Source: Bacteroidota bacterium
Lineage (GTDB): Bacteria; Bacteroidota; Ignavibacteria; Kapaibacteriales; UBA961
Reading direction: 5' to 3'
DNA length: 64,000 bases
NCBI GenBank assembly: GCA_964204605.1
Contig: OZ123195.1
Span: 120,968-184,967 of the forward strand
Shown: in pieces, positions 19,202 through 29,195 of the stretch
Position numbering within the stretch: the first letter of the stretch is position 1
Layout: each line of letters opens with the position of its first letter
Translations under genes and position numbers: made by a program
The notes under the pieces: generated by a model
Database searches by the model: none
Told to the model about the DNA's origin: nothing
What the model saw: only the letters and a program-made list of their open reading frames with translations

Positions 19202-20692
19202 ATGGCTTCGTATAATTCAGGAAATAAGCAAACACCGCAAAGTACTTCTTTAAGAAAAAGAGAACAAAAGGATGTCTTTTTACCTGCAACTTTGGAATCA
19301 TTGGGTGGAAAGGTTCCTCCTCATTCTTTAGAAGCAGAAATTGCAGTTCTTGGTTCTATGATGCTTGATAGAGCAGCTATTCCTAAAGTAATTGAAATAT
19401 TACAGCCTGATAGTTTTTATAGAGAATCTCACAAGCTGATTTATGAGGCTATTTTAGGATTATTTGAAAGAAATATAAATTCAGATTATACTACATTACC
19501 AGAAGAATTGCGGAGAAGGGGAGTTTTAGAATCTATAGGTGGATCTTTTTATATTTCAGAATTAACAATGAGTACTCCTACTGCGGCTAATGTAGAACAT
19601 TATGCTCGGATAGTACAAGAACGTTTTTTAAAAAGATCTCTGATACAAGTAGCTGGTTTGGTAATGACTAGGGCCTATGATGAAACTACAGATGCTTTAG
19701 AGGAAGTTGATTATGCAGAATCTAAAGTATTCGAGATTGCCGAACAGCGTTTAAGCAAAAGCTTTTCAACTATGAAACAGCTTGCTCATGATACGTTTCA
19801 AATGATTACAAAGATGTCTGAAGGTGGATCTACTTCCGGTATTACTGGTATTCCATCTGGATTTACAAAATTAGATGAATTGCTAGGTGGATTTCAGAAA
19901 TCTGATTTTATCATTATAGCTGCTAGGCCATCGATGGGTAAAACTGCTATGGCTTTAAGCATAGCTAGGAATGTAGCAGTTGAATATAAAATGCCTGTTG
20001 CTTTTTTTTCTATAGAAATGGCATCTAGTCAATTGATGGTACGTTTATTAAGTGCTGAAGCACGAGTGAATGCTCAGGATATCCGAACAAATAGAATTTC
20101 ATCTCAAGACATGCAGAAATTGGTTCAAACGATTGGCCATTTAGCAGAAGCTCCACTATTTATAGATGATAGTGCAACATTAACTGTTATGGAGATAAGG
20201 GCTAAATGTAGAAGAATGAAAGCTGAACATGATATTAAATTGGTAATAGTAGATTATTTGCAATTTGTTTCTCCTCCTAAGGCCGAAAGCAGAGAAAGGG
20301 AAATTTCTATTATATCTAGATCGCTTAAACAAATAGCCAAAGAATTAGATATTCCAGTCATTGCTTTAGCTCAATTAAATAGATCGGTAGAATCTAGGTC
20401 TGATAAAAGGCCGATGCTTTCTGATTTGCGTGAATCAGGATCTATTGAACAGGATGCTGATGTTGTTATGTTTGTTAATAGGCCTGAACAATATGGCATA
20501 TCAACCTGGGATGATGGTTCTTCTACAGAAAATACTGGTGAATTGATTATTGCTAAGCAAAGGAATGGTCCAGTAGGCGATGTACGTTTGGCATATTTAA
20601 AATCGTTTGCACGATTTGAAAACTTAACATTCCATTATGATGAACCGCCTCAGTATCTGGGTGCTGATGGCAGTTCAGATGTACAATTTTAA
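19202..20692 (+). CDS. dnaB: Replicative DNA helicase
   Basis: PPHSLEAEIAVLGSMML N-domain, Walker A ARPSMGKT, and QLNRSVE...LRESGSIEQDADVVMF. No intein insertion. Confidence 0.95.
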   Translation: MASYNSGNKQTPQSTSLRKREQKDVFLPATLESLGGKVPPHSLEAEIAVLGSMMLDRAAIPKVIEILQPDSFYRESHKLIYEAILGLFERNINSDYTTLPEELRRRGVLESIGGSFYISELTMSTPTAANVEHYARIVQERFLKRSLIQVAGLVMTRAYDETTDALEEVDYAESKVFEIAEQRLSKSFSTMKQLAHDTFQMITKMSEGGSTSGITGIPSGFTKLDELLGGFQKSDFIIIAARPSMGKTAMALSIARNVAVEYKMPVAFFSIEMASSQLMVRLLSAEARVNAQDIRTNRISSQDMQKLVQTIGHLAEAPLFIDDSATLTVMEIRAKCRRMKAEHDIKLVIVDYLQFVSPPKAESREREISIISRSLKQIAKELDIPVIALAQLNRSVESRSDKRPMLSDLRESGSIEQDADVVMFVNRPEQYGISTWDDGSSTENTGELIIAKQRNGPVGDVRLAYLKSFARFENLTFHYDEPPQYLGADGSSDVQF

Positions 20693-20695
20693 TAT

Positions 20696-20908
20696 ATGAG
20701 AATCATGAAAAAACAAGAATTATTGATTGATGGTATGTCTTGTGGACATTGTGTAAAGGCATTAAAAAATGAATTAACTGCAATTCAAGGCCTAATTGTG
20801 CAAGATGTTCAAATTGGCAAAGCTATTATCGAATATGATCCGGACACAGTAAGTGATGAAGACATTCTACATGCTATTGATGAATCCGGTTTTAGACTGG
20901 CTTTATAA
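20696..20908 (+). CDS. copZ: Heavy-metal-associated (HMA) domain metallochaperone, CopZ-like
   Basis: 70 aa with the GMSCGHCV metal-binding motif and ferredoxin-like fold length. Confidence 0.75.
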   Translation: MRIMKKQELLIDGMSCGHCVKALKNELTAIQGLIVQDVQIGKAIIEYDPDTVSDEDILHAIDESGFRLAL

Positions 20909-21368
20909 GATTGCTATATGTAGCCTTGGTATACTGTTTCCAATGCACGTATATGCTGTAGAAAAAGAGATTCCAGCTAAAGGTTTTACTTTGGGTATTC
21001 AAAGTAGCAATGCGGGAATATCTCTGGAATCAGCTTATAGTATAGGAAGTAGAGTAAATTGGGATAAAAGTGATCTAATAAAAGGATTGGGTACTATTTC
21101 TTTTGGAATAGAAACAGGACCTTTGACAAATAAAGATATTATCATAGCTCCAAAAGTATCATATACTATGAATTGGTTCATTTCTTTTGGAGCTTCTATG
21201 CTTTATTATACTGATTTTTCTCAGGGATCTTTACGATTTAGACCAGAGATAGGGGTTTCGATGCTTGGGATTAGAGTATATCATGGTTGGAATTTTAGTG
21301 TCGATAAATATGTCTCTCTCCCATTGCATAATAGATTTATAGCTATTTCTTATTTTATTCCCATCTGA
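20853..21368 (+). CDS. Hypothetical small secreted protein, possibly an outer-membrane beta-barrel; start uncertain
   Basis: Signal-like segment IAICSLGILFPMHVYA, then alternating beta-strand-like pattern. The annotated start overlaps copZ by 56 nt, so the true start is probably later. Confidence 0.4.
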   Translation: MMKTFYMLLMNPVLDWLYKIAICSLGILFPMHVYAVEKEIPAKGFTLGIQSSNAGISLESAYSIGSRVNWDKSDLIKGLGTISFGIETGPLTNKDIIIAPKVSYTMNWFISFGASMLYYTDFSQGSLRFRPEIGVSMLGIRVYHGWNFSVDKYVSLPLHNRFIAISYFIPI

Positions 21369-22147
21369 TTTTTCTTCTGCCAATTATCAATTATACCTTG
21401 AATTATCGTGGCTCCGTCTATCAAAGCAGCTGGACCAGGCTGTAAAATTATAGATGATTTTATGTCATAGATTTCATTGTGTTTTATTGCAGGAATTTTA
21501 TTCCATCCTGGCCTTGCAAGTACTTTTTCTTTCTTAAACCCCTTACCACACCAAGAAGCAATCATAATATCTGGCATTTTTTCTAAAACTTTATCTGTTG
21601 ATTCTAAAATCCTTCTTTTGGCATCGGGAAATTCACGATTCTCCTTAAATATATCAATTCCGCCACACAGTTCTATAATTTCACTAACCCAAGAAATACC
21701 TGTAATCAATGGGTCAAACCATTCTTCAAAATATACTAAAGGTTGTATTGTTATTAATGAAGCTTTGGAAGAAATAGATTCTAAATGCTGAGTAATATGA
21801 TCGATAAAAAGGAGTGATTGTTCTTGCTTATTAACAAGTCTACCCAATTTTTCAATCATACTTAATATTCCCCTGATTGTTCGATGATTGAAACAATAGA
21901 CTTCAATTCCAGCTTTAATAAGTTCTGCACAGATTGGTGCTTGTAAATCACTCCAAGCCAATACAATATCTGGGTTTAATGCTAGTATGCCCTGAATATT
22001 AGCATCTAAATACGTTGATATTTTTGGTTTTGTTTTTCTAGCAATTGCAGGCCGAACTGTAAAACCAGAAATGCCAACAATATAGTCTTCGGCACCTAAT
22101 GCATATAGAGTTTCTGTGGTTTCTTCTGTTAAACAGATAATCCTCAT
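21350..22147 (-). CDS. Periplasmic-binding-protein-fold (BtuF/cobalamin-binding-like, class 8) protein without a signal peptide
   Basis: MRIICLTEETTETLYALGAEDYIVGIS...NPDIVLAW...YFEEW...GPA resembles cobalamin/siderophore-binding domain proteins. Confidence 0.6.
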   Translation of the reverse strand: MRIICLTEETTETLYALGAEDYIVGISGFTVRPAIARKTKPKISTYLDANIQGILALNPDIVLAWSDLQAPICAELIKAGIEVYCFNHRTIRGILSMIEKLGRLVNKQEQSLLFIDHITQHLESISSKASLITIQPLVYFEEWFDPLITGISWVSEIIELCGGIDIFKENREFPDAKRRILESTDKVLEKMPDIMIASWCGKGFKKEKVLARPGWNKIPAIKHNEIYDIKSSIILQPGPAALIDGATIIQGIIDNWQKKNQMGIK

Positions 22148-22181
22148 TATTCACCAAATAAAGCTAGGAAAAAGATATGTA

Positions 22182-22556
22182 TTAATGAGAATTTGAAGTA
22201 TGACAATGAGCCAATTTCCAATTACCATCATTATGTCTAAAAACACATGTTTCTAATGCAGAAAATTGGGCATCTACAGAATTTGAAATTCCTTTAAATT
22301 CAATATTGTACATTGCAATAACAATATCAGAACTACTAGAAGGAATGATACTTAAATTAGAAATATTGCAAGAATGAATTGTCCAATCTGATTGAGACAT
22401 TGTATGAATAAATCCAGACTTATCGGTAGAAAAGCATTTATCAGAAAAGTAGGTAAAGTCATCAGATAAAAAAGTAGGAAGAATTTCCCAATTTTTTTGT
22501 GCAAATGTTTTATAATAAATAGATAATACAGATTCGATTATTTGTACAAGTTCCAT
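22182..22556 (-). CDS. SnoaL-like/DUF4440 (NTF2-fold) protein
   Basis: 124 aa with the pattern ...W..L...L.DDFTYF......D...F...... and a C-terminal GNWKLAHCH, typical of DUF4440. Confidence 0.5.
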   Translation of the reverse strand: MELVQIIESVLSIYYKTFAQKNWEILPTFLSDDFTYFSDKCFSTDKSGFIHTMSQSDWTIHSCNISNLSIIPSSSSDIVIAMYNIEFKGISNSVDAQFSALETCVFRHNDGNWKLAHCHTSNSH

Positions 22557-22593
22557 AACAATACGTAGAGATTAATGATAAAATGGTTGCTAA

Positions 22594-23361
22594 TTATGTG
22601 TGATTAAGTTGTCTGTTACGCTCAAACATAATAATTGCTGCTGCAGCCGATGCATTTAATGATTCAATATTTCCTTTTATGGGTATAGTAATAAAAGCAT
22701 CGCATTCTTTCCAAATAGCTGGGCGAATACCTTTGCCTTCGCTTCCAATAATAAGAACAATAGGTTTTTCATAGATGCCAGGATCAGTATAAGTAAAATC
22801 TGCTGTACCTGCAGTTCCAATAATAGTGAAACCAGCAGCTTTGCAATTTCTTATTGCGATTACCAGATTATCTGCTTTGGATACGGGCAAAAATTCAAGA
22901 GCTCCGGCGGCAGATTTAAAAGCAGCTGGAGTAATTGGTGATGTATTGTCAACAGGTAAAATCATTCCTGAAATACCAGAACATTCTGCGGATCTTGCAA
23001 TAGCACCAACATTAAAAGGATCACTTATTTCATCTAAAGCAATCAGCATAGGATAATTTTGACTAGCTAGAGAGGTATCGATTAACTCATAAATATCAGA
23101 ATAAGTTAATAATGGAGTTAAAGCAATTACACCTTGAGCAGAACCGCGTTCTAAAGGAATGCGCTTTTCCATATCATTAAATTTCATTTTATCGGCTATA
23201 GAGCACGCAACATTTTTTTGCCTAGCTTTAGTACGAATTTCTTCGATGATATCACCATCGGATCCAAATTGGATAAAAATCTTCTCGATTAAGCGTCCAG
23301 CATTCAAGGCTTCATTTACAGCCCTTCTACCATATATATAATGACCTAGTTCATTCTTCAT
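22594..23361 (-). CDS. rlmB: 23S rRNA (guanosine-2'-O)-methyltransferase, SpoU/TrmH family (RlmB-like)
   Basis: N-terminal GRRAVNEAL substrate-binding domain. SpoU motifs DPFNVGAIARSAE, LIIGSEGKGI and SLNASAAAAIIMFE. Confidence 0.85.
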   Translation of the reverse strand: MKNELGHYIYGRRAVNEALNAGRLIEKIFIQFGSDGDIIEEIRTKARQKNVACSIADKMKFNDMEKRIPLERGSAQGVIALTPLLTYSDIYELIDTSLASQNYPMLIALDEISDPFNVGAIARSAECSGISGMILPVDNTSPITPAAFKSAAGALEFLPVSKADNLVIAIRNCKAAGFTIIGTAGTADFTYTDPGIYEKPIVLIIGSEGKGIRPAIWKECDAFITIPIKGNIESLNASAAAAIIMFERNRQLNHT

Positions 23362-23407
23362 TTATTCGTAGAAATCCCGTATTTTTACAATCATTTTTAC
23401 TGCATTA

Positions 23408-23794
23408 ATGCAGACATTACTAGTACAAAGATACATCAATTATATGGAACGTCTTGAAACATTTCCTAATCCTTCTCCAGGAAGAAGATTTATAATTACT
23501 CATGTTTTACATGAATTTACATCTGTTTGTCCGTTGACAGGATTGCCTGATTTTGCAAAAGTTACTATAAGCTATATTCCAGATGGAATCTGCTTAGAAT
23601 TAAAAGCTCTGAAATATTATTTCCTAGAATTTAGGAATATGGGCATTTTTTATGAAGCTGTTACAAATAAAATTTTGGACGATTTAGTTGAAAGATGTAG
23701 TCCATTAGAAATGCGAATTACCACAGATTGGGGAATGAGAGGTGGTATGAGTAGCGTTATTGTTGCTGATTATGTTAAATCACAGGATCAGTAA
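23408..23794 (+). CDS. queF: NADPH-dependent 7-cyano-7-deazaguanine (preQ0) reductase
   Basis: Contains the QueF motif EFTSVCPLTGLPDF and is unimodular YkvM-type in length. The start may be the internal MERLETF. Confidence 0.9.
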   Translation: MQTLLVQRYINYMERLETFPNPSPGRRFIITHVLHEFTSVCPLTGLPDFAKVTISYIPDGICLELKALKYYFLEFRNMGIFYEAVTNKILDDLVERCSPLEMRITTDWGMRGGMSSVIVADYVKSQDQ

Positions 23795-24225
23795 TGGAAT
23801 CGATTATTGCTAAAGATTTTAATTGGGAAATGGGCCATCGTTTGCCTTTTCATACTGGCGGCTGCCAAAATATTCATGGTCATTCTTATAAAATGAGAGT
23901 TGAAATCAGTGGTAGAATAGACTCTTCTACTGGAATGGTAATGGATTATTTTGATATCAAAGCTTTAGTTCAGCCTATAGTAGATCAATTAGATCATTCA
24001 TTTTTATGTGATTCATCTGATAAACTTCTTATGGATTTTTTTGCTCAGCATCCAATGAAAGTAAATTTTATTGACATGTATTCTACTGCAGAAAACATTG
24101 CATATTATATCTTACAGCAATTGATTCCAGGATTTTCTTCTTTTACTTCTGTAAAAAAATTAACAGTGCGATTATGTGAAACAGAGAACACATATGCAGA
24201 AGCATGCTATGAATTTTCTCGATAA
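23794..24225 (+). CDS. queD: 6-carboxy-5,6,7,8-tetrahydropterin synthase
   Basis: W.MGHRLPFH...C.NIHGHSY zinc/His signature. Start overlaps the queF stop by 1 nt (TAATG). Confidence 0.9.
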   Translation: MESIIAKDFNWEMGHRLPFHTGGCQNIHGHSYKMRVEISGRIDSSTGMVMDYFDIKALVQPIVDQLDHSFLCDSSDKLLMDFFAQHPMKVNFIDMYSTAENIAYYILQQLIPGFSSFTSVKKLTVRLCETENTYAEACYEFSR

Positions 24226-24251
24226 TTCAAATTTAAATACAAAGAGTTGAT

Positions 24252-25694
24252 ATGTCAGTTCGCGTTCGCTTCGCACCTTCACCAACAGGTTATCTGCACA
24301 TTGGTGGTTTAAGAACCGCTTTATATAATTATCTTTTTGCCCGTCATCATGGTGGAGAATGTTTACTTCGTATTGAAGATACAGATCAAACCCGATTTGT
24401 TGAAGGGGCAGAAGAAAATATTGTAGATATATGCAGATGGGCAGGTATGGAATTTGATGAAAGCCCAGAACATGGAGGGCCTTTCGGACCATACAGACAA
24501 TCTGAAAGAACAGAGTTATATCGTTATTATGCTAATATTTTGTTAGAAGCACATATGGCTTATCGTGCATTTGATACTTCCGAAGAATTAGATGCAATGC
24601 GAGATAGACAAAAAAATGCTGGCATAGCCGCCAAATATGATAGAACAGTGATGCGAAGCGAATATACTCTTGGGGCTCAAGAAACACAAAGACTATTAGA
24701 TGGCGGTGAGGATTATTGTATCAGACTCAAAGTTCCGGCATCTGGAGATATACGTTTTTCTGATATTGTTCGTGGTGAAATCACTGTTAATGCTCGTGAT
24801 ATTGATGATCAAATATTAATGAAATCAGATGGATTTCCTACATATCATTTGGCAAATGTAGTTGATGATCATTTAATGAAGATAACTCATGTAATTAGGG
24901 GGGAAGAATGGTTGCCTTCAACACCAAAGCATGTTTTACTCTATAAGGCATTCAATTGGGATATGCCTCAATTTGCTCATTTACCATTGCTGTTAAATCA
25001 AGATAAATCTAAAATGAGTAAAAGATTTGGGGATGTTCTAGCAAAAAGCTTTCGTGAGAAAGGATATTTTGCTGATGCTTTAGTCAATTTTGTAGCTTTG
25101 CTTGGGTGGAATCCTACTTCAGACAGAGAAATATTCTCATTACCAGAGTTAATTGAATCTTTCTCGCTAGATAAAGTTAATAAAGCAGGTGCTGTATTCG
25201 ATACAAAAAAATTAGACTGGATGAATTCTCAATATCTTAGAGAAAAAGATCCTTCGGCATATATCAATTCAATACAACAATTATTACAAAAACAGAATAT
25301 TTTGGTTGAAGATTCATATGTAGAAAGGGTATTTGTATTAATAAAAGAAAGAATTTCCTTTATTCACGAAGTACCTCATTTTGCTGATTATATGTTTACA
25401 GATTCTTATGTAATTGATGAAGAATATAAAGCAAAACATTGGACATCAGAATCGCCAGAAATAATAGAAAAAATACTTCCTTTCATTTCTTCCATACAAG
25501 ATTTTACGCATGATACGATTAATACTATGATGAGTGATTTTACAAAAGAACAAAGTATTCAATCTAAGCTTATTATACATCCTCTGCGCTTAATACTAAC
25601 AGGCAAACCTGTTGGTGCAGGTTTATATGATACAATGGAAGTACTTGGCAAACAGAAATGTGTCCAAAGAATCCAAAATTTTCTCAATAATTAG
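24252..25694 (+). CDS. gltX: Glutamate--tRNA ligase
   Basis: VRVRFAPSPTGYLHIGGLRTAL (HIGH) and KMSKR (KMSKS) class I motifs. Confidence 0.95.
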   Translation: MSVRVRFAPSPTGYLHIGGLRTALYNYLFARHHGGECLLRIEDTDQTRFVEGAEENIVDICRWAGMEFDESPEHGGPFGPYRQSERTELYRYYANILLEAHMAYRAFDTSEELDAMRDRQKNAGIAAKYDRTVMRSEYTLGAQETQRLLDGGEDYCIRLKVPASGDIRFSDIVRGEITVNARDIDDQILMKSDGFPTYHLANVVDDHLMKITHVIRGEEWLPSTPKHVLLYKAFNWDMPQFAHLPLLLNQDKSKMSKRFGDVLAKSFREKGYFADALVNFVALLGWNPTSDREIFSLPELIESFSLDKVNKAGAVFDTKKLDWMNSQYLREKDPSAYINSIQQLLQKQNILVEDSYVERVFVLIKERISFIHEVPHFADYMFTDSYVIDEEYKAKHWTSESPEIIEKILPFISSIQDFTHDTINTMMSDFTKEQSIQSKLIIHPLRLILTGKPVGAGLYDTMEVLGKQKCVQRIQNFLNN

Positions 25695-25705
25695 AAAGTA
25701 TAATA

Positions 25706-26218
25706 ATGAAAGGCTTTTCTGAAGGTTTATTTGTGATTGGTATATTGTGTATTTTACAATGTGTAAATGGCTGTACTGCATCGTATAAATCTTGTATTAA
25801 TGAAAGAACTGATCAAACAATCATCCGATGGGGTGATTATGTTGTTGCCGATGGAACATTTCATGGATATGAGTATCGCGCTAAAGATTTAGGTGTTTAT
25901 ACAGTTCAAAAACAGTTGCAACATAACGAAATACAGTATCAAAGAATAGATACAGTGCAAGCCCAAGTATTTTGTAAGCGACTAAATACAATCATCGATA
26001 CATTTTCTGAGATTCAGTCTTTATATTCACCTGGCACAATAGGTAGAAGCGTAGAATATATTAATCAAAAAACAATGATTGCAAAAAAAGCGATTTGGAA
26101 TCCATTGTTTCAAACATATGGAAGTAAAGAATTTAGAGCAATATATGATTCTTTAATGCATACAGTTTCTATTAAAAACAGATGGCCAGATACAATTATT
26201 CATAATACAGTTAAATGA
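25706..26218 (+). CDS. Hypothetical lipoprotein
   Basis: Signal peptide with lipobox LQCVNG|C. No other motif. Confidence 0.5.
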   Translation: MKGFSEGLFVIGILCILQCVNGCTASYKSCINERTDQTIIRWGDYVVADGTFHGYEYRAKDLGVYTVQKQLQHNEIQYQRIDTVQAQVFCKRLNTIIDTFSEIQSLYSPGTIGRSVEYINQKTMIAKKAIWNPLFQTYGSKEFRAIYDSLMHTVSIKNRWPDTIIHNTVK

Positions 26219-26245
26219 TACATTTTAGAAAATTATGCCCATAAT

Positions 26246-27670
26246 GTGGGAGGGACAAATCAATTGAGTGCTGAATATTCTATATTATTGGTGGATGATA
26301 ATCCCGAGTTTACTGCCACTATGGCTGATATTATCAATGGGTTTGGGTGGCACACGCATTGTTGCAGTTCTCCAGAGGAGGCATTTGGGTATTTAGAGCA
26401 ACATAGTAAAAAAACATCATTGTTATTACTAGATATTGAGTTTACTACATCGCATTTAGATGGTTTAGATGCTTTGGCAATTACAGTGAAAAAGTACCCA
26501 TCTTTACCTGTAATAATGATTTCTGGAAAAGGAACGATAGAAAATGCAGTAAGGGCTACTAAACTTGGTGCAGTTAATTTTATCGAGAAAAGTAATATAA
26601 GTACAGACAGAGTAAAAGAAGTGTTAATTAGCACATTAGAGCGATTAGCGATTCAATCGCAACATCATGACTTATTGAAACTTATTGAACAGCAAGGGAT
26701 TATCGGAAAAAGTAAAGCAATATTAAATGTAGCTGATAAAATTATTTTATATGGAAAAACAGATCTTAATGTTTTAGTAACAGGCGAAACAGGAACAGGA
26801 AAAAAACTAGTAGCCCAGGCTTTGCATTCTGTAAGTAAACGAGGAAAACATGGTATAGTTACTGTTGATATACCTAATATACCTCGTGAATTGTTTCAAA
26901 GTGAATTGTTTGGTCATGTTAAAGGCGCTTTCTCGGGTGCTTTTGAAAATAAAAAAGGATTATTTCACGAAGCAAATAAAGGGACATTATTCCTTGATGA
27001 GATAGGAGATTTACCATTAAATCTTCAAGCTAATTTATTGTTGCCGATAGAAACAAAAAAAATCAGAAAAGTAGGTTCTGTAGAATCAGAATCAGTAGAT
27101 GTTAGATTTATATCTGCAACAGATAGAGATTTATTATCTGCTATGAGAGAAGGAAAATTCAGAGAGCAGTTATATCATAGATTGCGTGAATGTGAGATAA
27201 CAATTCCACCTTTAAGTGAAAGAATCGAAGATATTCCTTTGATTATAGATAATTATACAAATATTCATAATCAGGAACAACAAGATGGCAAATCATTTTC
27301 ACCATCTGCTATAGAATATCTTCAAAATCACACATGGAAAGGAAATGTAAGAGAACTTATAAGTTTATTAAGGCTTGTACTTCAAATTGTATCTTCTCCA
27401 ATTATAGAAATATCTGATCTGCATGGAATTACTGCGCCAAATTCTCATCAAATTTCAGTGCCAACAAGTAAAGATCAATTTTCTGTAACAAGTGATGGAT
27501 TATTAAAAGATGATATTGCCCGTGCCGATCAAATGAAAATCGTTGCTACATTGCAAAAATGTAATGGAAATGTTAGTAAAGCTGCCGTTCAACTTGGTAT
27601 AAGCAGAGAAACATTACATAATAAAATACGTAGATATGCAATAAATACAAATGAATACAGAGCCAGATAA
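26246..27670 (+). CDS. Sigma-54-dependent response regulator (NtrC family)
   Basis: Receiver (ILLVDDNPEF...LLLLDIEF), AAA+ Walker A GETGTGK, GAFSGA (GAFTGA variant), and a C-terminal Fis-type HTH (GNVSKAAVQLGISRETLHNKIRRY). GTG start. Confidence 0.85.
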   Translation: MGGTNQLSAEYSILLVDDNPEFTATMADIINGFGWHTHCCSSPEEAFGYLEQHSKKTSLLLLDIEFTTSHLDGLDALAITVKKYPSLPVIMISGKGTIENAVRATKLGAVNFIEKSNISTDRVKEVLISTLERLAIQSQHHDLLKLIEQQGIIGKSKAILNVADKIILYGKTDLNVLVTGETGTGKKLVAQALHSVSKRGKHGIVTVDIPNIPRELFQSELFGHVKGAFSGAFENKKGLFHEANKGTLFLDEIGDLPLNLQANLLLPIETKKIRKVGSVESESVDVRFISATDRDLLSAMREGKFREQLYHRLRECEITIPPLSERIEDIPLIIDNYTNIHNQEQQDGKSFSPSAIEYLQNHTWKGNVRELISLLRLVLQIVSSPIIEISDLHGITAPNSHQISVPTSKDQFSVTSDGLLKDDIARADQMKIVATLQKCNGNVSKAAVQLGISRETLHNKIRRYAINTNEYRAR

Positions 27671-28154
27671 TATGAGGTGTTTCATTGCATTAAGATATAG
27701 TATTCTCACACTTTTATTGTCTTCATGTTCTTTGATGAATAATACAATTGGTAATGACTATGAAAATTATCAGTTCTTAATGAGTAAAACCACTTGCAGA
27801 GGCAATTGTCCAGTATATTCGATAACTTTATATGGAAATGGCCAAATATCATATGAAGGATTTCAGAATGTTAATACAATAGGTAGACAGCAAGGTTCAA
27901 TACAAACCGATTCTGTGATTGCTATTTTACAAGAATTGAATAGAATGCAGTATTATGATTTGAAATATGAATATTCACATCAACATATTACAGATATGCC
28001 TTCGGTGATTACACAAATTATCTATAGTAAAAATGGGATTGGCTCATCTAAGCAAGTTGTTGATTATCAAGGTGATAAGTCAACACCTATTGAATTAAGA
28101 AAGCTATATGATAGAATTGAATCTATGATTGCTCAGTTTCATTGGATACGATAA
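27651..28154 (+). CDS. DUF6438-like lipoprotein
   Basis: Lipobox LLLSS|C. CRGNCPVYSITLYGNG is the hallmark C-x-G-x-C-P-x-Y of DUF6438. Overlaps the upstream regulator gene by 20 nt. Confidence 0.6.
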   Translation: MNTEPDNMRCFIALRYSILTLLLSSCSLMNNTIGNDYENYQFLMSKTTCRGNCPVYSITLYGNGQISYEGFQNVNTIGRQQGSIQTDSVIAILQELNRMQYYDLKYEYSHQHITDMPSVITQIIYSKNGIGSSKQVVDYQGDKSTPIELRKLYDRIESMIAQFHWIR

Positions 28155-28171
28155 ATGTATTCAAATATTAA

Positions 28172-29128
28172 GTGAAAAATATGAAAGAACACATTCAAAA
28201 GCTACAAAATTGGAATGCCAAAAGAAAAGCATCTATCAAAGAGCCTGAAACATTTACAGAACACGTTATAGCATGGTTTAAAACTGTTTTTAGTGCAGTA
28301 TTTTTTATTATGATTATTAATGGCCTTTTTTTTGGTTCTTTTGTAGTACCAACCGGTTCTATGGAAGACACCGTTGCTACTGGAGATTTTGTATTTGTTA
28401 ATAGGCTTATTTATGCGCCTTCTACTCCGCAAATGGTGCCTTTTATTAATAAACCCTTACCATTTTATAGATTTCCTGGATATAGCACTCCAAAACAAGG
28501 TGATGTTATTGTATTCATTTATCCTGGTGATAGAGATCAAGTTGAATCAACAGATTTTACGTATTATTTGAAGCGTTGTGTTGCAGTTGCTGGAGATACA
28601 TTGCAAATAATTAATTCTAAAATACAAGTGAATGGCAAAGAATATCCATTGCCACAATATGGAAAGTTCGATATTTCTATGGATCCACCTGCTCAATTTC
28701 ACCAAGAATGGATGGCAGCCCAGCAAGAGCATACATTTCCAGTGGGCAGAAATTATACTAGAGATAATTGGGGTCCAATCAGAATACCAAAAATTGGTGA
28801 TATCATTGATCTTACTATTGCTAATGTAAAAGAATGGGAAACCTTTATTAGACGTGAAGGACATACCATTGCAGTAGAAGACCAGACAATCCTAATCGAT
28901 GGAAAACAAGCAAACTCATATACAGTAAAAAAAGATTATTGCTTTGGTATGGGCGATAATCGTAATAATAGCGAAGATAGTCGCTATTGGGGTTTTGTAC
29001 CCATGGAAAGCATTATTGGAACTCCAATGATAGTGTATTGGTCTTGGGATACCGGACGTCCAATAACAGATTTCTTCAAAAAAGTTGCTTCTATAAGATG
29101 GTCTAGAATTGGAACAATTATTCGATAA
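28172..29128 (+). CDS. lepB: Signal peptidase I
   Basis: TM anchor, catalytic Ser box PTGSMEDT, Lys box YLKRCVAVAGD, and GDNRNNSEDSRYWGFVP. Confidence 0.9.
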   Translation: MKNMKEHIQKLQNWNAKRKASIKEPETFTEHVIAWFKTVFSAVFFIMIINGLFFGSFVVPTGSMEDTVATGDFVFVNRLIYAPSTPQMVPFINKPLPFYRFPGYSTPKQGDVIVFIYPGDRDQVESTDFTYYLKRCVAVAGDTLQIINSKIQVNGKEYPLPQYGKFDISMDPPAQFHQEWMAAQQEHTFPVGRNYTRDNWGPIRIPKIGDIIDLTIANVKEWETFIRREGHTIAVEDQTILIDGKQANSYTVKKDYCFGMGDNRNNSEDSRYWGFVPMESIIGTPMIVYWSWDTGRPITDFFKKVASIRWSRIGTIIR

Positions 29129-29195
29129 TCAACGCATAGAATGTCAATATATTCACTAGTAAAAATCTCGTCTTTTTACATAATAAATCTAATGT

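Noticed and set aside
22148-22181. Cobalamin riboswitch upstream of the BtuF-fold gene
   Set aside because: The upstream gap is 34 nt and the gene appears co-transcribed with the DUF4440 gene. No B12-box was seen.
23362-23407. preQ1 riboswitch upstream of queF-queD
   Set aside because: Only 46 nt are available. There is no P1 stem followed by the CCC...UAAAAAACUA-type tail. The segment more likely just holds the divergent promoters.
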